From Octopus bimaculoides (Eukaryota): a stretch of DNA of 64,000 nt. The position numbers and the translations under genes are program-made. The first letter of the stretch is position 1. The number at the start of each line of letters is the position of its first letter. Under the pieces are notes generated by a model. That model did no database searches. It worked only from the letters and a program-made list of their open reading frames with translations, and had not been told where the DNA came from. The DNA is taken from contig NC_068994.1 of assembly GCF_001194135.2 (NCBI RefSeq), forward strand, positions 18,746,785-18,810,784, in the 5' to 3' direction. Positions 12,426 to 25,932 of the stretch are shown one piece after another.

Positions 12426-12601
12426 CAGACAGACAGTCAAAGCCAGACAGACAGTCAAAGCCAGACAGACAGTCAAAGCCAGACAGACAGTCAAAGCCAG
12501 ACAGACAGTCAAANNNNNNNNNNCAAAGCCAGACAGACAGTCAAAGCCAGACAGACAGTCAAAGCCAGACAGACAGTCAAAGCCAGACAGACAGTCAAAG
12601 C
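12426..12601. repeat. 18-bp minisatellite CAGACAGACAGTCAAAGC, at least 8 complete perfect units, with a 10-N gap
   Basis: Direct reading. Confidence 0.95.
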
Positions 12602-13027
12602 CAGACAGACAGCCAGACAGCTAGACAGACAGAGAGGGACAGGCATATCATCATCATCACCATCATTTTACACCCACTTTTCCATGCTGGCATGGTTTGG
12701 ATAGGTTGTTCCTGTCTAAACCAATTCTTATTCTGGTTTCAGTAACAAAATACCATTCCTTTACAGAGTGTATTGGGTTCATATTTATCATGGCACTGAC
12801 ACTAGAGAGGTCGTCTTGTTCCCTGCCTAATTAAAGAGTAATTTTTATCCTGCATTGTCTCTCTCCTTGTTCATCAGCTCCCCAGAGGTTGTCTTGTCCC
12901 AGGCAAGGCTTATAGAGTTTCCAGTTACCTGCATTATCTATCTGTTCCTTTCTTTTCACACAGCTGGGTAGTAAAGAGGGACCGACAAGAGAAAACCAGG
13001 GTAATAAAAGAGAAGGGTGTGAGTGTG

Positions 13028-13065
<38 letters not shown>

Positions 13066-13670
13066 GATGCATAGATGTGTGTCTGGAGAGAGAGAGAAAA
13101 AGATGCATTTGTGGATAAATAGATGTGCGTGTGTGTTGATGTGGTGGCGGGTAGATAGATAGATAGGGGAGTGTAAGCAAAATATACATGTAGATTAAAA
13201 CAGATATAGACATCTTCATTTACATAGATGTTAAAAAAAAAATTATACACACATGCATATATATACATATTTATATCTCCCCATACCTCTCCAATAGCTC
13301 ACATGCAGCAGCTTTCTGGTTAGATTACCTTCCTCATTCCAACAACATTAGCATAAATTATGTCCAGATGTGTTTATTGATACAATAAGAGTTTCTTGAT
13401 ACACAGCTGCTTACTGCTGTCACTAAACTCTTTAAAAAATATATATGAATAAAATAATAAACCCCAAAGAATCCCATTTATGGTTTTCAAAAACAGCAGT
13501 TTACCAACATAAATTTTCATTACAACTATCTCTTACCTTCGTTCTTTTCACTAAAACATTGTGAAAATGATGAAAGGCTCAAGTTACAAACTGAATAGTA
13601 TTCTTTTTTTCCTTTTTAGAGGTTACACATAACAAATAAATGTTAGGTAACTTCAATCAATGAGGTAGTA

Positions 13671-13820
13671 TGAGCTGATGAGAGAATGTAGAGCTGACAA
13701 AGGTGTGTGGAGCCAACAAGGAACCAAAGAGCTGATTAGGGGGTGTGGAGCTAACAAGGGAAATGCAAAGCTGACCAAGGGTAAACAAGCTGATGAGAGT
13801 ACGAGCCCACAAAAGAGTCT
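13671..13820. repeat. Degenerate ~19-21-bp tandem repeat (GAGCTGACAAGGG core)
   Basis: About 7 diverged units beginning GAGCT/GAGCC/AAGCT. Confidence 0.6.
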
Positions 13821-14136
13821 TTACAGAGTCACTTGAATTGCAAAAAGTAGCAGCTAAATCCCTTACAAATCATACCCTAATGACTTGAAAGAGGAAAAGA
13901 TATATCAAATAATGTAGTCCAAGATAACCCTAAGAAAGAAAGGATAGTTACAACTGGATCATTTAACATCATAGGTCTATCTAATCAAGGTTCACCTGGG
14001 GTTAAATAACAACTTCAGGTATAAACTAAGTTCAAGCAAGGTAATGAGATATTTTATTCTTTTGTCATTTGGTTGTGGCTATGTTGTTTTGAATCCATCA
14101 TGAATTATCTTGCAGTTTTAAAATTTTGATGATGTG

Positions 14137-14442
14137 ATATTTTTTCTTTAGAATGGCATCATAAAGAGGCTGGATCTGGTTGGTTTGAACATAAAATAGG
14201 TAGAATATCTTGGCTGGATACAACTGGTTTAAATGCTAAAACCTTTTAAACTGGCCAAATCCAGTCCAAATATTCTACCTGTTTTATGTTGAAACTGGCT
14301 AGATCTGGCCTTTTACAATGACAGTCTAAAAATAATCACATTATCAAAGCCTCAAAGTTACAAAGCAATGCATGATTAATTCAAAACAATGTGAATAAGT
14401 AAGTATTACATTTGACATAATGATCTGAATGATAAAGGGTTT
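14137..14442. mobile_element. Family G piggyBac-like MITE copies (partial minus copy, then plus copy)
   Basis: Matches 1688-1914, including ATGCATGATTAATTCAAAACAATGTGAATAA and TAAGGGTTTAA. Further copies lie near 18010-18110, 21297-21500 and 44440-44510. Confidence 0.7.
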
Positions 14443-14624
14443 AAAACTCAGTGGTCACCCATTAAGATTTCATCTCCCAGCATTGTATTGTGGACATGTT
14501 GGCTCAATGGTCTCTTCCTGCTCCACCTAATGATTATGGCTTTAAATTACAAGTAGAAGAAGAAACTGAAGTAAAATAACTCAACCACAAATTGAATTTT
14601 TATCACAAGCTCAGTTCACATCAA

Positions 14625-14850
14625 GAATGTGTGATACCAACCTGCCTAAGACTGTCCTTGGTTCTATGATATAAACTTCTAGTTTTACAGAGATCTAAAT
14701 AAAAACCTTCCTTCAAAATTTCATGTTAATTTGTTCCAAGTACCAGCTTAATGACAAAGTTATTTTACTAAATTCTTCATTATTTAAAAAATTAATTGAA
14801 ACAGAAGCACTGTATTTCAACAGAAATATGGTAACGAAATAGCCCCCAAA
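14625..14850 (+). mobile_element. Family H piggyBac-like MITE, diverged (sister copies 15826-16041 and 18945-19050)
   Basis: Shares ATTTCATGTTAATTT, TTTTACTAAATTCTT and AATTAATTGAAAC blocks with 15826-16041 and 58310-58530. Confidence 0.6.
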
Positions 14851-15344
14851 GAGCCCTGACAAAGCAAGTTTTATGAGCCTTCCCTCGATCACCATGCCGT
14901 CTATTATTCAAAAGTACTGTATTTAGAACAACATTATCCAATATGTCTTTCTCCTGAGACATCAAGGTGTGATTTGTGAAGGATTTTGCTGCTATTTCTA
15001 GCAAATTGAGCGACCATATAGAGCAGTCACAGGCAACCTAATATAATATCACCTCAATTTCTTTTAATAGTGTGGCCCACCAAATGATAAGTCAGGTCTC
15101 ATGTGGCCTGCTTCTTGAAAATATTTCTTCCTTTAATCTTCTGTCTGTCCTGTGGATCACTTGTGGTATACAGGACATATTTCCCAGGTATACATGCATC
15201 ATATATGATACAGATTCCTAATTTTTTCCAGCCATCAGAGTAACTTGGAACTTATGAAAGGAAAGCTGGATCCAAAGTATTCTTGATAAGAAATGATTTA
15301 GGAATAAATGGACAACGACAACTCTTAATAATTCTTTCTACTTA

Positions 15345-15660
15345 TGGCACGTGTAAAGAAATTCGAGCGAGATCGTTGCCAGTGCCGCCGAACTGGCTCC
15401 TGTGCAGGTGGCATGTAAAATACACCATTTTGAGCGTGGCCGTTGCCAGTACCGCCTGACTGGCCTTCGTGCCGGTGGCACGTAAAAGCACCCACTACAC
15501 TCTCTGAGTGGTTGGCATTAGGAAGGGCATCCAGCTGTAGAAACTCTGCCAAATCAGATTGGAGCTTGGTGTATCCATCTGGTTTCACCAGTCCTCATTC
15601 AAATCGTCCAACCCATGCTAGCATGGAAAGCGGACGTTAAACGACGATGATGATGATGAT
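15345..15660 (+). mobile_element. Family B, young copy with duplicated GCCAGT-N-ACTGGC / GTGGCACGTAAAA units
   Basis: High identity to 19925-20226 and to the reverse of 47610-47900. Confidence 0.9.
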
Positions 15661-15664
15661 GTAC

Positions 15665-16740
15665 AAAGCCTTCAATTTGGTGGGTGGGGACTAACCAATT
15701 TCATTGGCTTCAATGTTAGGCTGGTACTTATTTTATCGATCCCGCAAGGATAAAAGACAAAATTGACCTCACTGGAATTTGAACTCAGAACATAAAGTAG
15801 TTAGAAATGCTGTTAACTCTTTATACCAAGTCACCCAATACTGCTCCTGATTCTATGATATAAACTTCCCCTTTTAAAGGGATGTAAGTTAAAACTGCAA
15901 CAGAATTTCATGTTAATTTATGTTTCAAACAGCAGTTCAATAACGGCAAAGTTGTTTGACAAAATTCTTCAATATTTTCAGAATTAATTGAAACAAAGGT
16001 AGCGTACTTCAACAGATATTTGCTAAGAAAAAAAGAGCTAAGCATTTTGCCCAGCAAATGATTTTGATGGCTCCTGGCTTTAACAATAATTCTTTCTCCT
16101 ACAAGCACATAACCTGCAATTTGCAGGGAGGGTGTTAGCCAATTTCATCAATACCAATGCTCGGCTGGTACTTATTTTATTGACCTTGAAAGGAGAAAGG
16201 CAAAGTTGACCTCAGTGGAATTTGAACTCATGAAAAGTCAGTAGAAATGCCACTCAGCATTTTGTCCAGCATGCTAACAGTTCTGCCGGCTCACCACCAG
16301 TCACAGCTTGATAGCATTTGAACTCATTATGTAAAACTAAATGAAATGTGATGAAAGTGGAGGCGCAATGGCCCAGTAGTTAGGGCAGCGGACCAGTGGT
16401 CGGAGGATCGCGGTTTCGATTCCCAGAGTGGGCGCTGTGTGTGTTTATTGAGTAAAAACAGCTAAAGCTCCACGAGGCTCCGTCAGGGGGTGGTGGCGAC
16501 CCTTGTTGTACTCTTTCACCCCAACTTTCTCTCACTCTTTCTTCCAGTTTCTTGAATAAAGCTGCGATGGACTGGCGTCCCATCCAGCTGGGTGGGGAGC
16601 ATACGCCATAGAAACTGGGAAACCGGGCCCATGAGCCTGACTAGGCTTTAAAAGGGCACATAAATAAATAAAAAAATGAAATGTCACTAAACATTTTGTC
16701 CAGCATGCTAATGATTCTTTCAGCTATAATAAATTAATAT
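15665..16740 (-). mobile_element. Cluster of three SINE D copies; the last is interrupted by SINE C'
   Basis: Repeated GGATGAAAGGCAAAGTTGACCTCAGTGGAATTTGAACTCA-like blocks near 15750, 16190 and 16310/16690. Confidence 0.75.
16357..16676 (+). mobile_element. tRNA-derived SINE C', near intact
   Basis: A box TGGCCCAGTAG, B box GGTTTCGATTCC, A-rich tail; flanking repeat AAATGAAATGT at 16339-16349 and 16674-16684. Confidence 0.9.
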
Positions 16741-17589
16741 ATCATAATAATAAATGAAACAATTTAAACTAAACATTAGTAGTACTAACAGCAACTTATT
16801 GCAACCTAACAAAGAGATATTGAAGCTAGATGGATCAAGAAAAATGTTTAAGTAACTCTTATAATTCAATGCTTTAGAAGTTAAGGCACAACTTGGATAG
16901 GACAGTAAGTTATTACAAATAACCATTATCTGAGAATCAGTCACAAAACTGAGACATAATAATACATCAAGTCAAGTCAAACAATAAAACAGCAACGAGA
17001 ATGATATGATCACACAGTTCAAGAATAAACTGGCTGATTTAAAGATAACCACTCAGTAGATCGTCTGGGATAAATGTGTGAGAGAAATAAAGAGAACGAA
17101 AAAGAAAATAAGGGGAAAAGTGAAATAAAATAAAGAGGGAGAAAGAAAAGGAAATAAAGAGAGGGTGAGAGATAAAAGTAATAAGAGAGAGAGAAAGAAA
17201 GAAAGAAAGAAAGAGAGAGATGATGATGAGAATCTAAAGACAGTTTGGGCCTGAATTAGAATAATCTGGAAGGACAAATGTCACTGAATTTTGCCAATAA
17301 GTGAAGTGTTAATGACTGGAGCTATATAATGTCATTTTACTGACAGCAGAAATAGTGGAATCCCAGAAAAAATGCCTTACAGTGTTTATAATAAAATCCA
17401 CCAATATTCTAAGTTCAAATCTCATTTGAGTCAGCTTTGTCTTTCACCACTCCAGGGTCGACAAATAGGGTCAGTTTATTTGACAACACCTCTCTAGTGT
17501 AGACTTGTAGCACTGTGTATTGAGTCAAACTGAAGATGGCAGTTAAAATCTCTTCTCCCTTGCTGGCAAATATAAGATTATGAAAAAGG

Positions 17590-17632
<43 letters not shown>
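17590..17632. repeat. Poly(A) tract, ~43 nt
   Basis: Direct reading. Confidence 0.95.
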
Positions 17633-17633
<1 letters not shown>

Positions 17634-19924
17634 GAAAAATATATAATGAATGGAAAAACTTCAATAGACAAATTGATATTACATTAGAAATCAATGAATG
17701 GCTCTATCAGTGAATATTTTATTTATCTCATACTGGTGTGATAGCATCAGCTACTTAACTTAAAACAGATAGATATCCATCAGTAGACAATTATTACGCT
17801 CAATTGACAATAAAGGAGGAAGAAATGGGTTTCATGTGCACATTGTGATGTTCATGCCTTACTCGATGAATAACAGCAAGATGAGTGAAGTGGAAATAGT
17901 TACAAGAGATGAAGACAGAGTTGTTATATGATTGCTTGATCTGCTAGAAGTAGCAGCCAAATTTTCTTGAAATCGCCCAACCCTTTAGCATTTACTATAA
18001 ATCTTTTAGACTAACATTGTAGTATAGGTGCAAGAGGCTGGATTTGGCCGGTTTGAACATAAAACAGGAAGAACATTTTGGCCAGATTTAGCAGGGTTAA
18101 ATATGGAAAGGAGTCTGTTAACAGGGAATCAGCTAGGAAATTGAATAAATGAAATGGCTATGTAGAAGCTTTTTAATAGTTTATATTACTACAAACTTTG
18201 GCCCTAAATGGGCAGATTTCTGATCAAAAATTTTCAAGCCATGACTATCCTGTGTTCTTCCAAGTTTACTATTTGTGGAATATTTGACTACTATTTCTAG
18301 TAGGTTTAGCACCTGTATAGAGGCCGTCTAATTGGTTCAGTTACACATATTTCTTAGCTGGTAGTAAGATTTTCATTTATAAAACACTTGGACTTTTAAA
18401 AAACAAAGAAAAAAGACAACCAGTCTAGTTTCTAATGCTATTACAGTGTGTACATGCAAAAATGTGAACAAACAGAAATACATTTTCTCTCTTATAAGCC
18501 TTAAAGTGTCACTGGAAGAAAGGGTATATCTTGTAGAACTATGATGATAACTATCACAGGGTTACACAATTTCTTTGCAGGGTGGGACGAAAATAAATAG
18601 AAAATAACATATCTTTCAAATGATAAGTCCACTTATTCAATTAACTAATATAACGAGTTCTGAGATTTTGATAACTGTTTCATAGATGTGCATCGCAGAA
18701 AACAGATAATGTTGGAAAACATCCAGACTGACATTAAAAATAAAAACTATATATCTAACTAAAATTGTTTCCATTTCTTCATCAGTTAATCAATATGGAC
18801 TGCTGAAAACACCCATTAATAAACACTTATTTCATTATTTACTTTTCTCTGGATATCATCTCTACTTGGGAGATGAAAATGAATCAGAACTACTTTTAAA
18901 AGAAGTATTCCCAGTTGGATCTTAATTCTTAGATATGGTATGCTTAACCCTCTAGTTTACTATATTTCTGATGAAATGCACTGCTATTGTTTCAATTAAT
19001 TTTGAAAAGAACGAAGAATTTAGTAATATAACTGTCATTATTAAGATGGTGTTTAAAGGTGGAAAACTGGCAGGAGTCATAGCACACTGGGCAAAATGTC
19101 AGTCTTTACGTTCCGAGTTCCAATTCCGTTGAGGTAAACTTAGCCTTTCATCATTTCAGGGTCAATAAAATAAGTGCCAGTTGAACACACATATGTACCA
19201 AAATTTGAAATCATTATTAAGCTGGTGCATGGAACATGATTTAAATCTTGACTGAAGGTCTTAATTTGAATCACTTTTAAATGGCAAGTTTGAGTTGTAG
19301 AACCAGGAACAGTCTCAGGTGGATTGGTATCAAAAAGCTGACTCATTTATAATTGTATTTCTAATAAAAAGACAATGCCCATGTGTTTTAATCATTTTGA
19401 AATAACCAAGAATTTAGGGATTAATGAGCTGAGCGTTTGGAACATAATTCACATAAATATTTCTTACATGATGAGGTAATATTTTATTGTAGATGCAAAC
19501 ACTTTAAAATGGATAAGGAACTTGAACTAGATCCAGTCTCTGATGCTTTGAAATTATGTTTACATGATTCTTTCGGTTTTGTTGATTATCAAATTGCCTG
19601 AATAATTTTACAAGATTGGAGTTTTTCAACTCATAATATTACATTTGTGAGAACCTATTGTATTCATATCTCAGACAAGATTATTTAATTTGTCCTTAAT
19701 TTTTTTTTCCTTTTTTAAGATGAAAGTGTATTAATATATGTTTTTGTGTCTAGGGAGAGTCATTCTCTTTTAGTGCCTTATTAATTTAACACACTCTCCG
19801 GTCCAATTTAATAAGTATTTATATGTGTAAAATTAGATTTGGTTTTTATTTCCAACAGATCTCTCTTATTGCTTTGGTAGGAACCTCTCCAGTTCACATC
19901 ATGTAATATATATATATATATATA

Positions 19925-20226
19925 CCGCCTGACTGGCCTTTGTAGGGTTTTTGAGCGAGATCGTTGCCAGTGCCCCTGGACTGGCTCTTGTGCGGGTGGC
20001 ACATAAAAGACACCATTTCGAGCGTGGCCGTTTTCATGCGGGTGACACGTAAAAGCACCCACTACACTCTCTGAGTGGTTGGCGTTAGGAAGGGCATCCA
20101 GCTGTAGAAACTCTGCCAAATTAGATTGGAGCCTGGTGTTGCCATCCGGTTTCACCAGTCCTCAATCAAATCGTCCAACCCATGCTAGCATGGAAAGCGG
20201 ATGTTAAACAATGATGATGATGATGA
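19925..20226 (+). mobile_element. Family B, young copy
   Basis: Matches 15345-15660. Confidence 0.9.
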
Positions 20227-20841
20227 TATATCTTCTTCTTGCGCCCNNNNNNNNNNNNNNNNNNNNNNNNNNNNNNNNNNNNNNNNNNNNNNNNNNNNNN
20301 NNNNNNNNNNNNNNNNNNNNNNNNNNNNNNNNNNNNNNNNNNNNNNNNNNNNNNNNNNNNNNNNNNNNNNNNNNNNNNNNNNNNNNNNNNNNNNNNNNNN
20401 NNNNNNNNNNNNNNNNNNNNNNNNNNNNNNNNNNNNNNNNNNNNNNNNNNNNNNNNNNNNNNNNNNNNNNNNNNNNNNNNNNNNNNNNNNNNNNNNNNNN
20501 NNNNNNNNNNNNNNNNNNNNNNNNNNNNNNNNNNNNNNNNNNNNNNNNNNNNNNNNNNNNNNNNNNNNNNNNNNNNNNNNNNNNNNNNNNNNNNNNNNNN
20601 NNNNNNNNNNNNNNNNNNNNNNNNNNNNNNNNNNNNNNNNNNNNNNNNNNNNNNNNNNNNNNNNNNNNNNNNNNNNNNNNNNNNNNNNNNNNNNNNNNNN
20701 NNNNNNNNNNNNNNNNNNNNNNNNNNNNNNNNNNNNNNNNNNNNNNNNNNNNNNNNNNNNNNNNNNNNNNNNNNNNNNNNNNNNNNNNNNNNNNNNNNNN
20801 NNNNNNNNNNNNNNNNNNNNNNNNNNNNNNNNNNNNNNNNN

Positions 20842-20899
<58 letters not shown>

Positions 20900-21689
20900 T
20901 ACACACATGCATATATGTATGTGTGTGTGTGTATGATTTATTGACAAAACAAGAGAGATTTTAAAAAATGAAAGATAAACAGATATGGCATTGAACAACC
21001 AGCTCATGGTGATTCAGCTCAAAGTTGTATAACATACTGAGGTCTATGTTCCAGCAAACTACAAGTAGGTGTGGAACAAATCTTCAAGAAATATGATCTG
21101 CTATAGACTAACATTCTCTCAAGAACATTTATTTTTCATTCATACAATGTCATGAAACAGGATATAACCCTTTTGAGCTATTTATGAAAGCATTCATATA
21201 AAAAGAAGGAAAGGATAAAAGCTAAAAGAAGGAAAAGAGGGGGAGAGAGATGGAGAGAGAGAGAGAGAGAGATGTTTTAAAGTTGTTTTAAATGTTTAAC
21301 CTTTTAGTATTTAAACCAATGATATCTGGTCAAAATATTCTGCCTTTTACATTCAAACTGGCTAGATCCAACATATCATGCCTACCCTACAATGTCATTC
21401 TGAAAATAAACAATGACATCATCAAAATCTTGAATTCATGAGACAATGCATGATTTATTCAAAATAATGTAAATAAATAAGTGTTACATTTGACAGAGTT
21501 ACAAATCGGATTTCTCCTTTGAAAGTACAAAAATACTTCAGTACTTGAGGAGAATTCATTATTTGAATTTTATAAATTGGCCAGTTTTAATCTTCATTGT
21601 TAGAGCAACAGTTTTGATTATTTGGCACTAGATATATATTCTAAAATGCATCACTACTCTACAATGGCAACATTATTATATCTTAGCAG

Positions 21690-21905
21690 AAGGCAGTGAG
21701 CTGGCAGAACAGTTAACATGCTGGGGAAAATACTTAGCAGCATTTTATCTGTCATTATATTGAATTCAAATTTCGCTAAGGTTGACCTTGCCTTTAATCC
21801 TTTCAGGGTCAATAAATAAGCTCCAGTTGAGCACTGGGGTTGATGTAATCAACTAGCTCTCTCCCACAAAATTTCATGTCTTGTGCCTGTAGCAGAAAGG
21901 ATTAT
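21690..21905 (+). mobile_element. SINE family D, full length (other plus copies ~17330-17500, 19065-19190, 30050-30420, 56395-56610)
   Basis: GGCAGTGAGCTGGCAGAA...GAATTCAAAT...GCCTTTAATCCTTTCAGGGTCAATAAATAAG...CACTGGGGTTGATGTAATC. Confidence 0.85.
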
Positions 21906-22769
21906 TATACCTTAGCAGTGTTTCGTGTTTATTTGCAAGTATTCCAAAAAGAAGAGACATTTTTTTTTAATGTGACCCCTCCTAAAACTAGAGGAATAAA
22001 ACAGGAAGGATATTAATTGTATGATTTTACTATGACAGAAGTTTGAACAAGAGTGTTGTGAGAGCAAGTACAATTCCACAGGGATGCATTGAATAAAGTG
22101 TTTAGGGAAGAAATGACTAACAAATGTTAGGGCTTAGCTAAAGTGAACACAACGTAGAATTAATGAGTTAAAAACAGTCACACGATAGTTTTGCTAGAAG
22201 ACATTAAAATGTAACTGATGCTAAAAAAGGTGTTACTTAGTGTAGGCTTACATTTACCAAGCTGACATTTCTGAGTGCAGTTCAGTGTATGTGTGGTGTG
22301 CATGCCCAGTGTACTATCTTAATTGAATGAAATGTACTGTAGGTGTTTACTTTGTAAAGTGTACGTACTCATTCCGATTAGGAAGCCTAACCTTTCAAAC
22401 TCAACTTTTGGCTGTGGTTGTCTTCTTAAAGATAACCATGTGTTGAGTTAATGGTGTTGACATGAAAACTAGGAAAGTACAGTCAATAAAATGTTTCCGG
22501 TTTTCAACACTAGTAAAACATGCATGATTGCCGAATAATCAATCATTTATTCCACTGATTCAAGAAGTACATATGTTTAAATTCCCTTACTGTTTGTTAT
22601 TGTTTTGTAGCCTGAAGTAAGACACTGAGATTATTTGCTTTCATTTCAACATTATTATACATTTTACACTGAGAACCTTTAGCTGTCAAAACAACTGAAC
22701 CAACAATTCATGCATGCATTTAATCAGCACAATTATCCAACTTAGTGTATCAAGATGATTATATAAATA

Positions 22770-23150
22770 TCTTTTACTTAATTCAGTTATGGATTGTGGT
22801 CATGCTGGGGCACTGCCTTAAAGGGCTTTATAATCAAATGAATCGACCCTAGTGCTTTTATTTGCTTTTTTTTTTTTAAAGCTAGGTACTTATTCTATTG
22901 GTTTCTTTTGCTAAACCAATTGGTTACAGAGATGTAACAAACACCATTTGTCAAGTAGTGGTGGGAGTGGGAACAAACACACAGAGAGACTTCTTCTAGC
23001 TTCTGTCTTCCAAATCCATTCACAAGGCTTTGGTCAGTCCAGGGCTATTGTAGAAGACACTTGCCCAAGGTGCCACACAATGGGACTGAACCAAGAATTG
23101 TGTGTGTGTGGAAAGCAAACTTCATACCACAAAGCACACAGACATGCATA
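22770..23150 (-). mobile_element. SINE family A
   Basis: Reverse of tail, body, core and head. Confidence 0.85.
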
Positions 23151-23649
23151 CACATACAAGAGCTAAATGTTAATTCAAAGATAGTGCTTTGGCAGTGACA
23201 TGGGCTTTAATACACAGAGATTATTTGGTGTATATTCTTGTATGGGAGTAAGTGGGTAAACGATAGAGGAGTGGTTGAGAGTTACTAAGAGAGAAGATTC
23301 CTCTTAACTGCAAATAGTTGTTGTTTATTCTCAGGTCAGAGCAGATTTATAATGAAATTCTTCCAGCCTTGACTGTACACTTCTGTGTTACCCCTATGCC
23401 TGTTTCATTTCTACCTAACACCTGAGGATCAGACACCCAGGTTCTGGGTCCTATTAACGTGGCCAAACTATTGTAATTTTTGTTGTGGAGTGGTTGGCAT
23501 TAGGAAGAGCATCTAGCTGTAGAAACCAAGCTAAAACAAACAGGAGCCTGGTGCAGCTCTCCAGCTTACCAGCTTCAATCAAACCGTCTAACCCATACCA
23601 GCATGGATAATGGACAGTAAATGATGTTGTTTGACCACCATCACAGACT

Positions 23650-24590
23650 CTTGATCAGTCATCCAGAACTAAATTGTTTATCCAATGACCAACGCTTCCC
23701 TGTAGCATGTCATCTTGAATGACTTCACTTTTTTAGAGTCAGACACCAGCTTGACGGTTTTTGCTGAGACACAATTAATCCATATTGTATTGAGAGACCA
23801 CAAGGCTGATCTCCTTGCACTAAGTCTTGCTCTGATTTCCTGGCTGCAGTCAGCTGTTTGGTTAAGAATGGATTCCAGGTACTTGAACTTAACTTGGGCT
23901 AGCTTGACCACTGCCTTCACAGTGTATGGTAAACTGCTCATGTTTCTTGGTGGCTACCATTGATCTTTAGTAAAAACGCATTAGAGACTAGATTAACTTC
24001 GTCTGCAGTTCAGCCAGTGAAGTAGTGATCAGCATGGTGTCTTTAACAAAATTATGGTCATTTAGCTACCAGAAGCTGATGCCCATAACCCAAACACCAA
24101 TCCAGTTGACTACAACCAGTTTGTCAGCTCCTCATACTCCATCCTTAATAGCCACCTGCTGTCAATGTACAGTTTCTACAGTTAGTCAATTGTTGAGCCC
24201 TTGGTTCCCACCATTTGTAACACTTTCCACAGTCTAGCCTGCTGTACTGAGTTGAAGGCTGCTTTATAATCAATGAATGACACATACAGTGGAATATTAT
24301 ACTCCTTAGCTGTCTCCATTAGGATCCTGATATTAAAAATTTTCTCCCTTGTTCTGTCCAATTACGGAAGCACATACGCTCTTCAACAAGCTATCTTTTG
24401 ACTGCCTGATCCTCTTTAGCAGAATTCTCAGCAAGATCTTGCTGGGGTTGATGAGGTGTGATGCTACAAGCTATTAGCGGTGCCAACAACCTTGGGCAGT
24501 GCTATGAATACTGCATATATCCAGTCCACAGACCATTCAACAGTCTTGTGACACATATTAGTGAAAACATTTGCCATTAAGTCATTCCTC
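23650..24590 (-). pseudogene. RTE-clade LINE reverse transcriptase remnant
   Basis: Broken frames give DWIYAVFIALPK, KILLRIL, RILME, PLYVSFIDYK-AFNSV..LWKVL and FKYLESILNQTADCSQEIRARL, in RTE RT domain order. Confidence 0.85.
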
Positions 24591-24599
24591 TCTCCCTCC

Positions 24600-24654
<55 letters not shown>

Positions 24655-24659
24655 ATGTG

Positions 24660-24871
24660 TTGGCACTCTGTCGCTTACGACGTCGAGGGTTCCAGTTGAT
24701 CTGATCAAAGGAACAGCCTGCTTGTGAAATTAACGTGCAAGTGGCTGAGCACTCCACAGACACGTGTACCCTTAACATAGTTCTTGGGGATATTCAGCAC
24801 GACACAATGTGACAAGGCTGACCCTTTGAATTACAGGAACAACAGAAACAGGAAGTAATAGTGAGAGAAAG
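24660..24871 (-). mobile_element. SINE 3' part, family X (shares its 5' body with C'); runs into a gap
   Basis: Minus CTTTCTCTCACTATTACTTCCTGTTTCTG matches 16526-16553, then diverges to ...GCCACTTGCACGTTAATTTC...GGAACCCTCGACGTCGTAAGCGAC. Confidence 0.7.
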
Positions 24872-25171
24872 NNNNNNNNNNNNNNNNNNNNNNNNNNNNN
24901 NNNNNNNNNNNNNNNNNNNNNNNNNNNNNNNNNNNNNNNNNNNNNNNNNNNNNNNNNNNNNNNNNNNNNNNNNNNNNNNNNNNNNNNNNNNNNNNNNNNN
25001 NNNNNNNNNNNNNNNNNNNNNNNNNNNNNNNNNNNNNNNNNNNNNNNNNNNNNNNNNNNNNNNNNNNNNNNNNNNNNNNNNNNNNNNNNNNNNNNNNNNN
25101 NNNNNNNNNNNNNNNNNNNNNNNNNNNNNNNNNNNNNNNNNNNNNNNNATATATATATATATATATATATA

Positions 25172-25932
25172 TAGGTATGGTTGTGTGGTAAGAAGTCTGT
25201 TTTCCATCCAGATGGTTCCAAGCTCACTCCCACCATGTGGCACCTTGGGCAATTGTCTTTTACTCAGGCTGCCTAAAGCCTTGAGTGGATTTACTAGACA
25301 GAAACTGAAAGAAGCTCATCATATATACATGTATCTATGTGTGTGTGGGCCCTTGCATTTGTGTTTGTCCCCCACCGCTGCTCAACAACTGGTGCTGGTG
25401 GGTTGAGGTCCCCCATAACCTAACGGTTCGGCAAAAGACTGATAGAATAAGTACCAGGTTTGAAAAGAAAATAAACACTGAGGTCAATTAGTTCCAGTAA
25501 AAATTTCTCAACGCAGTGCCCCAGGATGGCTGCAATCTAATGGTTGAAACAAAGTAAAAGATAAAGGTGTAGCTGTGTGGTAAGAAGCTTGCTTACCAAC
25601 CACATGGTTCCTGGTTCAGTCCCACTGCATGGTACCTTGGGCAAGTGTCTTCTACTATAGCCTTGGGCCGACCAAAGCCTTGTGAGTGGATTTGGTAGAT
25701 GGAAACTGAAAGAAATCCGTCATATGTGTGTGTATGTGTGTGTGTGTGTGCCATCACCATTTGACAACCGGTGTTGGTGTGTTTACATCCCTGTAACTTA
25801 GCGGTTCGGCAAAACATTCCGATAGAATAAGTACTAGATTTAAAAAATAAGTCCTGGGGGTCGATTTGTTCGACTAAAACGGCATTGCTCCAGCATGGCC
25901 GCAGTCAAATGACTGAAACAAGTAAAAGAGTA
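25172..25932 (+). mobile_element. Two tandem full-length SINE A copies (25172-25563 and 25566-25932)
   Basis: Two complete head-core-microsatellite-tail units back to back. Confidence 0.9.

Noticed and set aside
12426-12601. CRISPR-like array or QTDSQS repeat protein
   Set aside because: No spacers, eukaryotic context, and no splice or start context.
15400-15500. HDV-like ribozyme in the family B UTR (GGC-CTTCGT-GCC)
   Set aside because: P1/P2 pairing could not be completed, and the location is 3' rather than the 5' end where such LINE ribozymes occur.
16357-16430. tRNA gene
   Set aside because: A/B boxes are present, but the sequence continues into a SINE body and tail with no acceptor stem or T-run terminator.
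17590-17632. Poly(A) tail of a processed pseudogene
   Set aside because: No upstream ORF, canonical polyadenylation signal or TSD.
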